Assembly (NCBI GenBank): GCA_963738445.1
Contig: CAVTWS010000024.1
Span: 178,439-242,438, forward strand
Reading direction: 5' to 3'
Source of the DNA: an uncultured Acidobacteriota bacterium
GTDB lineage: Bacteria; Actinomycetota; Acidimicrobiia; Acidimicrobiales; SHLQ01
DNA: 64,000 nt
Shown here: positions 40,715 to 49,602 of the stretch, piece by piece
Numbering within the stretch: position 1 is the stretch's first letter
Layout: the number at the start of each line of letters is the position of its first letter
Position numbers and translations under genes: made by a program
The notes under the pieces: generated by a model
What the model was told of the DNA's origin: nothing
The model's input: the letters and a program-made list of their open reading frames with translations, nothing else
Database searches by the model: none

Positions 40715-41398
40715 CCGGCTGGTCCGTGATCACGGTGACCCTCGGTTCCCGGCGCACCCGACCGGCCGGGATCGTCGGGTCGCCGCCGATCAGACGCTCC
40801 AGCATGGCGCGTTTGTCCGACCCGGTGATCAGCCACAGGATGTGCCGAGCGCCGTTGACGATGTGCGGCGTCAACGTCTGCCGTCGCCAACCGTTGAACT
40901 CACCGACGTCGGCGAACGGCACATCGTCGGGTACATCGTGTCCGGGCGGCCAGCTGGCGGTGTGGCCGTCGTCGCCCAATCCGAGGTGAACGGCATCGAG
41001 ATGGCCGAGCAACGAGACCATGCTCTCGGGCTCCTGCTCGGGTTCGTAATTGAGGTGGTCGAGATCGGCCGGATCGTCGCCGACCGGTAACGGGTGCCAG
41101 CTCGCCCGAGGGAACGCCGCCGCCTGAGCCGTCAGGTTGCGGGCCGGATGCCCGAAGGGCGCCTCGCGCTCGTCGACCTGGAGGAGGTGCACCTGCTGCC
41201 AGGGGAGAGCCCGATGACCGAGCGCTTCGAACGCCGGGATCGGGCTGGAGCCACCGCTCAGCGCCACCACGGCCCGACCCCGGGCGCTGATGGCCCGGGT
41301 CACGATCTCGGTCAGGTGATCCGCCAGGCGATGGGCCGCGGCCAGTGGCGATGGCAACACCTCGACCACGGGGCCTCCGGCATGCCGCGGAGCGGACA
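40704..41398 (-). CDS. pgl: 6-phosphogluconolactonase.
   Basis: AVVALSGGSSPIP and HLGLGDDGHTASWPPG. The ATG at 41396-41398 lies 8 nt after the zwf stop. Confidence 0.75.
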
Positions 41399-41406
41399 TC
41401 TCGACC

Positions 41407-42818
41407 TCAGCCTCGGCGCCGGGAGCGGCGCCACGGTTCCACGCCGAAGAGAGCGTCGGCCTCGGTCGGTCCCCAGCTCCCGGGCTGATACGGCCGGACC
41501 GGGGTGGGGCGCGAAGAGCTTCGTCGACGATGCGCCAAGCCTCCTCGACGGCATCCTCGCGGGCGAACAGTCGTGGGTCACCCACGATCGCATCGCCGAT
41601 CAGCCGCTCGTACGCCTCCGCCGCCGGACCCAGCTCTCCGGACGCCGACACCTCCAGATCGACACCCGTGCCGACCAACGCGTCGCCGGGAACCTTGGTC
41701 TGCAGGTACAACGAGACGGTGTCGTCAGGCTTGATCCGGAACCGGAGGTGGTTGGCGTGCGGTGCCCGGTCGGTGCGATCCGAGAACATCAGGCGAGGTG
41801 GTGCCGCGAACTCCACGACGGCCTCCGTGACCGTCTTGGCCAGCATCTTGCCGGCCCGGATCACGAAGGGAACGTCGGCCCAGCGCCAGGAATCGATGCA
41901 CAGGCGCACAGCGAAGAACGTCTCGGTGTCGGAGTCGGGGGCCACGCCGGAGACGTCGTGGTAGCCCACGTACTGGCCACGGACGAGGTCGTCCGGACCG
42001 ATCGTGCGCACCGACCGCAACACCTTCACCACCTCGTCGCGTAACGCCTGCGGGTCGCGGCTCGCCGGCGGTTCCATGGCCAGCAGGCAGGCGAGCTGGA
42101 GCAGGTGGTTCTGCAACACATCCCGGATGGCGCCGACCTTGTCGTAGAAGGCGCCGCGGCCCTCGACCCCGAAGTCCTCGGCCATCACGATCTGGACCCG
42201 ATCGATGTGGTTCCGGTTCCAGAGCGGTTCGAACACACTGTTCGCGAACCGCATGATCAGCACGTTCTGGACCGGTTCCTTCCCGAGGAAGTGATCGATT
42301 CGATAGATCGAATCCTCGGGGTAGTGGGTGAGCAGCACCTCGTTGAGCTGCCGGGCGCTGGCCAGATCCTCACCGAAGGGCTTCTCCACGATCACCCGCC
42401 CCGGGCGATTGAACCCGGCGGCGGCGAGCTGGGCGGTGACATCGTCGAAGGCGGCCGGAGGGATGGCGAGGAACGCGAGTGGCAGGCGCTCGGGGCCGAC
42501 GATGGCTCGGATGGCGTCATAGGTCGCCGGTTCGGTGAAGTCGCCGGCCACGTAGTGGAGGTGCTCGGTGAACGACGTCAGCTCGGCGGCATCGACCTCG
42601 GTCCCCAGGGCGGCGCGGATCGATGCTTCGGCCTTGGCGGCCAGGCCCTCGGGGATCGCCGAGCGCGCCACTCCGACGATCGGACCGACGAGCTCACCCG
42701 TGCGGTGCAGTCCGAACAACGCCGGGAAGAGCTTCTTGGCCGCCAGGTCGCCCGTAGCCCCGAAGAGGATGACCGCATCGGCGTGGCGACCGGACGACGG
42801 CGACACGACCGGGTTCAC
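41407..42818 (-). CDS. zwf: Glucose-6-phosphate dehydrogenase. There is one frame break near 41470.
   Basis: AVILFGATGDLAAKKLFPALF and RIDHFLGKE. The C-terminus PYQPGSWGPTEADALF is recovered in a shifted frame. The start is placed at a GTG at 42818. Confidence 0.8.
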
Positions 42819-43920
42819 GACCGACCCCCCGGCCCCTTTCGGCGTGCCCGCCGCCCTGCCCCTTCTCGGCGTGCCCGCCGCCCTGCCCCTTCTCGGCGTG
42901 CCCGCCGCCCTGCCCCTTTTCGGCGTGCCCGCCGAACTGCTTCCGCATGGCGGAGAGGACCTGGTTGGCGAAGGTGGCCTCGCCGCGGGAGCTGAAGCGT
43001 TCGTAGACGGCCGCCGCCAGTACGGGAGTCGGGGCGCCGGTTTCGATGCCGGCCTGCAGGGTCCATCGGCCCTCGCCGGAGTCCGAGACCTGGCCACCGA
43101 ACCCGGCGAGGGTCGAATCCTCGGCGAGTGCCGTGGCGGTGAGGTCGAGCAGCCAGGAGCCGACGACGCTTCCCCGGCGCCACAGCTCAGCGATCGCGGC
43201 CAGGTCGAAGTCGTACTGGTAGGCCGCCGGGTCGCGCAGCGGCGCCGTCTCGGCGTCGTGCGGGTGATCCGCCCGCCCGGCGCCGGCGTGGGTCAAGACG
43301 TTGAGGCCTTCGGCGTAGGCCGCCATGAGCCCGTACTCGATGCCGTTGTGCACCATCTTCACGAAGTGGCCTGCGCCGCTCGGTCCGCAGTGGAGCCACC
43401 CGGCCTCTCCATCGAGAGGTGAGCCGGAACGCCCGAGGGTCCGCTCGGCGGCATCGACGCCGGGCGCCAGCGCGGCCCAGATCGGCTCCAACCGGCGGAC
43501 GGGTGCGTCCGGGCCTCCGATCATCAGGCAGTAGCCCCGATCGAGACCGTGAACCCCGCCACTCGTCCCGATGTCGAGGTAGTGGAGGCCGACATCGGCC
43601 AGGGCCGAGGCGCGGCGCAGGTCGTCGTTCCAGTTCGAGTTCCCGCCATCGATCACGGTGTCGCCAGTGGCGAGATGTGGCACCAGGCTCTCGACCACTC
43701 GATCGACCACACCCGCAGGAACCATGACCCACACCGCCCGCGGCGCCGACAGGGTGTGAGCGAGCGCCTCGACCGACGCGGCGGTGTCGATCCCCTCGGC
43801 GGCGAGCGGCTCGAGCGCGGCTGGATCCACATCGGTGACGACGGGGCGATGACCGGCCCGGGCCAGACGGCGGGCCAGGTTCGCGCCCATCCGGCCGGCG
43901 CCGATGATGCCGAGCTCCAT
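42694..43920 (-). CDS. gnd: 6-phosphogluconate dehydrogenase (short, NAD-type, YqeC-like). The C-terminus is extended through the 27-bp repeats with no in-frame stop until 42694, overlapping zwf.
   Basis: MELGIIGAGRMGANLARRLA and GHFVKMVHNGIEYG. AAGGAG lies upstream of the ATG at 43920. The native-looking end ...SAMRKQFGGHAEK is followed by (GQGGGHAEK) repeats. Confidence 0.8.
   Translation of the reverse strand: MELGIIGAGRMGANLARRLARAGHRPVVTDVDPAALEPLAAEGIDTAASVEALAHTLSAPRAVWVMVPAGVVDRVVESLVPHLATGDTVIDGGNSNWNDDLRRASALADVGLHYLDIGTSGGVHGLDRGYCLMIGGPDAPVRRLEPIWAALAPGVDAAERTLGRSGSPLDGEAGWLHCGPSGAGHFVKMVHNGIEYGLMAAYAEGLNVLTHAGAGRADHPHDAETAPLRDPAAYQYDFDLAAIAELWRRGSVVGSWLLDLTATALAEDSTLAGFGGQVSDSGEGRWTLQAGIETGAPTPVLAAAVYERFSSRGEATFANQVLSAMRKQFGGHAEKGQGGGHAEKGQGGGHAEKGQGGGHAERGRGVGREPGRVAVVRSPRRCGHPLRGYGRPGGQEALPGVVRTAPHG
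42829..42940. repeat. 27-bp tandem repeat, about 3.5-4 copies, at the gnd 3' end / zwf 5' region.
   Basis: Unit GGCGTGCCCGCCGCCCTGCCCCTTCTC starts at 42841, 42868 and 42895 (the third copy has TTTTC), with a diverged copy at 42922. Confidence 0.85.
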
Positions 43921-44168
43921 GAGGTCTCCTTCGGATCGTGCCGCCGGCAACGCCGGCCCGTCATCGTGCCACGTCGTCCTACCAGGACGCGTGCGTCCGC
44001 CCTCCGGCACCAGGAACCACGGGGCCGGTCCCACCGGCCCAGTCGGCCAGCCGAACGGCCCCTGGAGCAAGAACCCAACGGCCCATTGAACGCAGGCGTC
44101 GCGGGGCGGACTCTGGTGACACGCAGCAAACACCGGGATCTCCGGTGCGACGACCAGGAAGATCAGCC

Positions 44169-44450
44169 ATGGCGGCAGTACAGAGCACCCTCGACTTCGA
44201 GCGCATTTCCGTGCTGCGGTCGACAACCCCCACCCGGCGCCGACCGGACAGCTATCGGGCCGTGTCCGTGCTCGCGCCGCGCCGTGAAGCCCGTCCGGCG
44301 GTGTCGCTGAACGCCGTCATGCTCGGCGCGCTCGTCGTGATCCTGCTCCTGACCACCGGCGCGCCTGACCTCCTGATCACGCCGGGCATCGTCGGATTCG
44401 TCAGCTACCGCCTCATCCGGTCCCGCCGCGGCCTGCGCGACGTTCTCTGA
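44169..44450 (+). CDS. Small hypothetical membrane protein.
   Basis: 93-aa ORF with one TM helix (VMLGALVVILLLTTGAPDLLITPGIVGF). No homology is recognisable. Confidence 0.3.
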   Translation: MAAVQSTLDFERISVLRSTTPTRRRPDSYRAVSVLAPRREARPAVSLNAVMLGALVVILLLTTGAPDLLITPGIVGFVSYRLIRSRRGLRDVL

Positions 44451-44501
44451 GGCGCCCACCCCGCCCCGACGGCGCCACGACGATCGAGTCTCGTTCGCCT
44501 G

Positions 44502-46727
44502 GTGACCAACGCAGAGCTAGCGTCCCCCATGGAACCGGGGGGTTCGGGGTTCACCAACCTGGCAGAGACGGTCCTGGCGGGCGAAGAAGCCCGGCAGGTC
44601 GAGGAGACCGCGGCCCGGGAACGGGTGATCTTTCCCGATGACCTCCTGCCTGGAGTCGGTTCGGCCCCGATGTCGCTTCGTGAGGGCCTGGCGACGGGCG
44701 GGGCGGCGATGTTCATCGTCCTCACCCTGCTCAACAGCCTCGATGAGCTCGCCGAAGCGACGCTCTCGGTGCTGGCGCCGGACATCCGCGACACGTTCGG
44801 GATCAGCGACGGCGCCATCGTGTTCATCGCCACGGCGGCCAACATGTTCTTCGTGCTCGGCGCCGTGCCGATGGGCTGGCTGGCCGACCGGATCCGGCGA
44901 GTCCCGCTGGTCGGCTTCGCCAGCCTGGCGTTCGGCTTGTTCCTCGTGCTCTGCGGTCTGGCCGTCAATGCCTTCATGCTGTTCTGGGCCCGGTTCTTCG
45001 CCGGGATCGCCAAGGCCAACACCATCCCGGTGCACGGCTCGCTGCTCGCCGACACCTACCCCATTCCGGTGCGGGCCCGGATGTCGGCGCTCAACGACAT
45101 GGTCGGCCGGGGCATCGGCGTGGCGAGCCCCGTCCTGGTCGCCGGGATCGCGGCCGCGGCCGGAGGCGTCGACGGCTGGCGCATCACCTACATCGTCCTG
45201 TCGATCCCTGTCGCAGTGGTGGGGTTCTTCGTCTTCCGTCTTCGGGAGCCGCCGCGCGGTCAGTGGGAGCAGCAGGACGTCCTCGGCGAGTCGCTCGACG
45301 AGGTGGACCCGGCGCCGATCACCATGGAGGCGGCGTTCGCCCGACTGAACCGCATCCGCACGATCCGTCAGGTCATGGTCGCCTTCTCGGCCATGGGGTT
45401 CAGCCTGTTCAGCAACACGGTTCTGGCCAACCTGTACCTGGAGGACGAGTTCGGCCTCAGCGCGCTCGAACGTGGGACCGCCGAGAGTGCGGGCGGCATC
45501 GTCGCCATGGTGGCGTTGCCGTTCGTCGGCCGGCGGTTCGACCAGCTGTACCGGCGCGACCCCGCCCGGGCGTTGGCGTTGATCGGCGCGTTCCTCCTGC
45601 CGACGGCCCTGTTCACCCCCATCCAGTTCCTGATGCCCAACGTGGTCCTCTTCGTCATCATGTGGGTCCCGTCGCTCGTGCTCACCTACAGCGCGTTCGC
45701 CATGGTGCGGCCGGTCATGCAGGCGGTGGTTCCGTATCGCCTGCGGGGTCTCGGTGCGGCCTACTCGACCATGTACATCTTCTTCTTCGGCGGGATCGGC
45801 GGCGCGTTGTTGTCGTCGTTGTTCGTCGAGGCCTGGGGGCCGCGTACCGCGGTGATCGCCATCGGCGTGCCCTCGACCCTCGTCGGTGGACTCATCCTCA
45901 TGAACGGCGCCCGGTACATCCGTGGCGACCTGTCGCTCGTGGTCGAGGAACTGCTCGAGGAGCAGGAGGAACAGGTCCGTCGGCGGGCCGCGCCGTCCGA
46001 ACGTCCGCTTCTCCAGCTGGCCCACATCGACTTCTCCTACGGCCCGGTCCAGGTCCTGTTCGACATCGATCTCGAGGTTCGTCGCGGCGAGACCCTCGCG
46101 TTGCTCGGAACGAACGGCGCGGGCAAGTCCACGTTGCTCCGCGTCGTCAGCGGCCTCGCCGTGCCCGAGCGGGGCGTCGTCCGGTTCGACGGCCGCACCA
46201 TCACCTACTCGTCGCCCGAACAACGCACGACGATGGGGATCCGTCAGCTCCCGGGCGGCAAGGGAGTGTTCCCGGCCTTGACGGTCGAACAGAACCTCGT
46301 CGTCGGGACCGACCGCCGGGGGCGCCCCCGGGCCGAGGTGGCGGCGGCGATCGGGCGATCGCTGGAGCTCTTCCCCGGATTGGCCTCGCGCCTCGATCAA
46401 CCAGCGGGCTCGTTGTCGGGGGGCCAGCAGCAGATGTTGGCGCTGGCCCGGGTGCTCCAGCACGACCCCGAGTTGCTGATCATCGACGAGCTCTCGCTCG
46501 GTCTGGCGCCGGTGATCGTGCAGGAGCTCCTCGGCGTGGTCGAGCGCCTGTCGGAATCGGGGACGACGATGATCATCGTCGAGCAGTCGTTGAACGTGGC
46601 GCTGGCCGTCGCCGAACGCGCGGTCTTTCTCGAGAAGGGCCAGGTTCGGTTCGAGGGTCCGGCCGCCGAGCTGCGCCACCGCGACGACCTCGCCCGGGCG
46701 GTGTTCTTCGGAGCCGAAGGCGGGTGA
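44502..46727 (+). CDS. Fusion protein: an MFS transporter domain (12 TM) joined to a LivF-type branched-chain amino acid ABC ATPase.
   Basis: Intact 741-aa ORF. N-terminal MFS helices. C-terminal GTNGAGKSTLL (Walker A), LSGGQQQMLALARVL (signature) and LLIIDELSLGLAP (Walker B). Confidence 0.8.
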   Translation: MTNAELASPMEPGGSGFTNLAETVLAGEEARQVEETAARERVIFPDDLLPGVGSAPMSLREGLATGGAAMFIVLTLLNSLDELAEATLSVLAPDIRDTFGISDGAIVFIATAANMFFVLGAVPMGWLADRIRRVPLVGFASLAFGLFLVLCGLAVNAFMLFWARFFAGIAKANTIPVHGSLLADTYPIPVRARMSALNDMVGRGIGVASPVLVAGIAAAAGGVDGWRITYIVLSIPVAVVGFFVFRLREPPRGQWEQQDVLGESLDEVDPAPITMEAAFARLNRIRTIRQVMVAFSAMGFSLFSNTVLANLYLEDEFGLSALERGTAESAGGIVAMVALPFVGRRFDQLYRRDPARALALIGAFLLPTALFTPIQFLMPNVVLFVIMWVPSLVLTYSAFAMVRPVMQAVVPYRLRGLGAAYSTMYIFFFGGIGGALLSSLFVEAWGPRTAVIAIGVPSTLVGGLILMNGARYIRGDLSLVVEELLEEQEEQVRRRAAPSERPLLQLAHIDFSYGPVQVLFDIDLEVRRGETLALLGTNGAGKSTLLRVVSGLAVPERGVVRFDGRTITYSSPEQRTTMGIRQLPGGKGVFPALTVEQNLVVGTDRRGRPRAEVAAAIGRSLELFPGLASRLDQPAGSLSGGQQQMLALARVLQHDPELLIIDELSLGLAPVIVQELLGVVERLSESGTTMIIVEQSLNVALAVAERAVFLEKGQVRFEGPAAELRHRDDLARAVFFGAEGG

Positions 46728-49558
46728 TCACCGCGACGTGGATCACCTGGAACCTGGTGTGGACGGGCGCGGTCAACGGTCTCGTCACCGGCCTCCTGGC
46801 CCTCGGTCTCGTCCTCGTGTACCGGTCGACCCGGGTCATCAACTTCGCGGTCGCCGACCTCGGTCTGCCGGCCAGCTTCCTGTTCGCCCTCTGCGTGCTC
46901 AACTACGGCTGGCCGTACTGGGTGGCGCTTCCGGCGATCCTCGTCGTGGGGGCGGCGTGGGGCGCGATCATCGAGGTCGCGGTGATCCGGCGCCTGTTCC
47001 ACGCCCCGCGGGTGATCGTGCTCGTGGCCACGGTGGGGGTCGCCCAGTTGGGGCAGGCCATCACGTTCGCCTATCCGGACATCAACGGTGGGGTCTCGAA
47101 GCCGTTCCCCACCGCGCTGGCCGGTCGGTGGGAACCGTTCCTGGACATCGTCGTCACGGGCCCGCAGGTGGTGGTGCTCGTCGCGGTGCCGTGTTTGGCG
47201 GCGGCCCTGGGCTGGACCATGAACCGCACCCGGTTCGGCCGTCACGTGCAAGCGGTGGCCAGCAACGCCGACCTGGCCCGGCTGTCCGGCGTCAGCCCGA
47301 AGGCCGTGGCGTCGGGCGTGTGGGTGATCGCGGGCGTGCTGGCGACGACCTCGTCCGTACTGCTGCTCTCGCTCGGGACGAGCACCGCCGGGCTGGAGCA
47401 GGGTCAGGCGTCGGCGGGACCGGGCACGTTGCTGCGCGCCCTCACCGCGGCGCTGATGGCACGGATGACGTCGTTCCCACGAGCGGTGCTGGCCGGCCTG
47501 GCGATCGGTGTCGGGGAGGCGGTCATCCGCTACAACCGCCCCACCGAGACGGGGCTCTCCGAGTTCGTGATGTTCGTCGTGGTGCTCGCCGCGGTGGCGA
47601 TCGTGGCCCGGCGAGCTGAGGGTGGGGGCGAGAGTTTCACGTTCGCACCGCGGGCGGAGGCCGTACCCGAGGCCCTCCGGACGACCTGGTGGGCCGGGCG
47701 GCTGCCCCGCCTGGTGGCCGTGGTCGCCGTGGCGGTCGCGGCGGTCCTGCCGTTGGTGTTCACCGAGGCCAGCCGCCAGTTCAACTACTCGACGGTGCTG
47801 GCGTTCGCGGTGTGCGCCATGTCGGTGACGATGCTCACCGGGTGGGCCGGGCAGCTGTCGCTCGCCCAGATGGGATTCGCCGGCCTCGGAGCGTTCTCGG
47901 CGGCGTCCATCCGCAACGGTGTCGGCTGGCCCTTCGTCGTGTGCCTCCTCGCGGGAGCGGTGATCGCGGCGGGCGCCGCGTTCGTGATCGGGCTCGGGGC
48001 GCTGCGGGTGCGGGGTCTCCTCCTGTCGGTGAGCACCTTGGCCTTCGCGGTGGCCGCCTCGCAGTACCTGTTCCGACGGCCCTTCCTCTCGGGGAGCGAG
48101 TCGTCGTCGGTGCCGTTCCATCGGGGGCACCTCGGTCCGATCGATCTGGCCGACCGTCAACGGAACTACTACTGGTTCTGCCTGGTGGTTCTCGTGCTGG
48201 TGACACTGCTGGCCGCCCGGATCCGTCACTCCGGCGTCGGGCGCACCGTGGTCGCCGTGCGGGAGAACGAGCGCGCAGCAGCCGCCATGACGGTCGAACC
48301 GATCCGGACCAAGCTGCTCACGTTCACCCTCGCCGGGTTCGTGGCCGGGCTCGGTGGCGGGCTCCTCGGTGGCGTGGCCGCCCAGGTACCGCTGTCGGAG
48401 CGCTTCTTCCTGCCCGCTGATTCCCTGCGCCTCGTTGCCATGACGGTGATCGGGGGCCTGGGCACGCTGGCCGGCCCGATCATCGGCGCGGCCTGGGTGG
48501 TGGGTCTGCCGTTCCTCTTCCCGGACAACGAGCTGGTGCCTCTGTTCACATCGAGCCTCGGCCTGCTGATCCTGCTGCTCTACCTCCCCGGAGGATTCGT
48601 GCAGATCGGTCAGATCATCCGGCGGGGTGTGTTCCGACGAGCCTTGGCCCGACGACCAGCGGCGGAGTCCAAGCAGTCCACGTCGGCGCCGGCCGCGATC
48701 CGGGAGCACCGGGCGACCTCGGCGCCACCAGGGTCCTCACCTCCGGCGTCCGCCCCGGCCGCCGTGCTGCGCACCCGGTCCTTGACCGTGCGGTTCGGCG
48801 GGTTGATCGCCGTGGACTCCGTCGACCTCGCCGTCGAGCCCGGCCAGATCGTGGGCCTCATCGGGACGAACGGCGCCGGCAAGTCGACGGTGCTGAACGC
48901 GATCGGCGGGTTCCTCCCGGCGACCGGTCGAGTGGAGCTCCTCGGTCGGGACGTGTCGTCCCTCCGGGCGTCGGCCCGCGCTCGGCGCGGCCTGGGCCGC
49001 ACGTTCCAGTCCGCCACCTTGTTCCCGGAGCTGACCGTTCGCGAGACGGTGTACGTCGCCCTCGAAGCTCGACGCCGCACCACGCTCCTCACCACGGTGC
49101 TCTCCTTGCCGCACGCCCGGCGGGCCGAGCGATCATCCCGCCAGGACGCGGCCGAGATCATCGACTTCCTCGGGCTCGGCCGTTATGCCGACCGCTTCGT
49201 CGCCGAGTTGTCGACGGGGACCCGTCGCATCGTGGAGCTGGCCACCGTCGTCGCCGTCGCCCCGCGGGTCATCTGCCTGGACGAACCCACGGCCGGCGTG
49301 GCCCAACGAGAGGCCGAGGCCTTCGGACCGCTGATCTCGCAGTTACGCCGCGAGCTCGGTGCATCGTTGATCATCGTCGAGCACGACATGCCCCTGATCA
49401 TGTCGATCAGCGATCACGTGATCTGCCTCGAGGCTGGGCATGTCATCGCCGAGGGCACACCGGCGGCGGTGCGGACAGACCCTCACGTCGTGGCCTCCTA
49501 TCTCGGCACTGACGAGCGGGCGATCGATCGCAGCGATGCCGTGGCCCCGACCGGTTGA
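46724..49558 (+). CDS. Single 944-aa ORF encoding a LivH-like permease, a LivM-like permease and a LivG-like ATPase.
   Basis: The GTGA start overlaps the upstream stop. Two permease modules are followed by LTVRFGGLIAVDSVDLAVEPGQIVGLIGTNGAGKST...LSTGTRRIVELA...ICLDEPTAGV. There is no in-frame stop between the modules. Confidence 0.65.
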   Translation: MITATWITWNLVWTGAVNGLVTGLLALGLVLVYRSTRVINFAVADLGLPASFLFALCVLNYGWPYWVALPAILVVGAAWGAIIEVAVIRRLFHAPRVIVLVATVGVAQLGQAITFAYPDINGGVSKPFPTALAGRWEPFLDIVVTGPQVVVLVAVPCLAAALGWTMNRTRFGRHVQAVASNADLARLSGVSPKAVASGVWVIAGVLATTSSVLLLSLGTSTAGLEQGQASAGPGTLLRALTAALMARMTSFPRAVLAGLAIGVGEAVIRYNRPTETGLSEFVMFVVVLAAVAIVARRAEGGGESFTFAPRAEAVPEALRTTWWAGRLPRLVAVVAVAVAAVLPLVFTEASRQFNYSTVLAFAVCAMSVTMLTGWAGQLSLAQMGFAGLGAFSAASIRNGVGWPFVVCLLAGAVIAAGAAFVIGLGALRVRGLLLSVSTLAFAVAASQYLFRRPFLSGSESSSVPFHRGHLGPIDLADRQRNYYWFCLVVLVLVTLLAARIRHSGVGRTVVAVRENERAAAAMTVEPIRTKLLTFTLAGFVAGLGGGLLGGVAAQVPLSERFFLPADSLRLVAMTVIGGLGTLAGPIIGAAWVVGLPFLFPDNELVPLFTSSLGLLILLLYLPGGFVQIGQIIRRGVFRRALARRPAAESKQSTSAPAAIREHRATSAPPGSSPPASAPAAVLRTRSLTVRFGGLIAVDSVDLAVEPGQIVGLIGTNGAGKSTVLNAIGGFLPATGRVELLGRDVSSLRASARARRGLGRTFQSATLFPELTVRETVYVALEARRRTTLLTTVLSLPHARRAERSSRQDAAEIIDFLGLGRYADRFVAELSTGTRRIVELATVVAVAPRVICLDEPTAGVAQREAEAFGPLISQLRRELGASLIIVEHDMPLIMSISDHVICLEAGHVIAEGTPAAVRTDPHVVASYLGTDERAIDRSDAVAPTG

Positions 49559-49602
49559 GCGGAGTGGCGCCCGTCAACCGTGCCACGCGACCGGTCCGTT
49601 GA

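Noticed and set aside
42829-42940. Tandem repeats at 42829, 55700, 27881 and 28291 as possible CRISPR or mobile-element remnants.
   Set aside because: The units are 15, 27 or 30 bp and contiguous with no spacers. They lie in frame inside coding regions. There are no cas genes, transposases, integrases or terminal inverted repeats nearby.
42819-43097. N-terminal extension of the zwf ORF, reading (TPKRGRAAG)n through the 27-bp repeats.
   Set aside because: The upstream part is Pro/Arg-rich nonsense. G6PD homologues start near DAVILFGATGDL, and a GTG preceded by GGGGGG lies at 42818. The repeats are more plausibly the gnd tail or a 5' leader.
43921-44168. Possible small gene or RNA in the 248-bp gnd upstream region, which contains GAACGGCCC-type repeats.
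   Set aside because: There is no ORF of 60 aa or more with a plausible start, and no terminator or stable hairpin. It is treated as promoter or leader sequence.
45263-46723. The first 487 codons of the 1431-aa ORF 45263-49558.
   Set aside because: It lies in an alternative frame over the well-supported MFS-LivF gene. The real gene starts at the GTG at 46724, which overlaps the livF stop.
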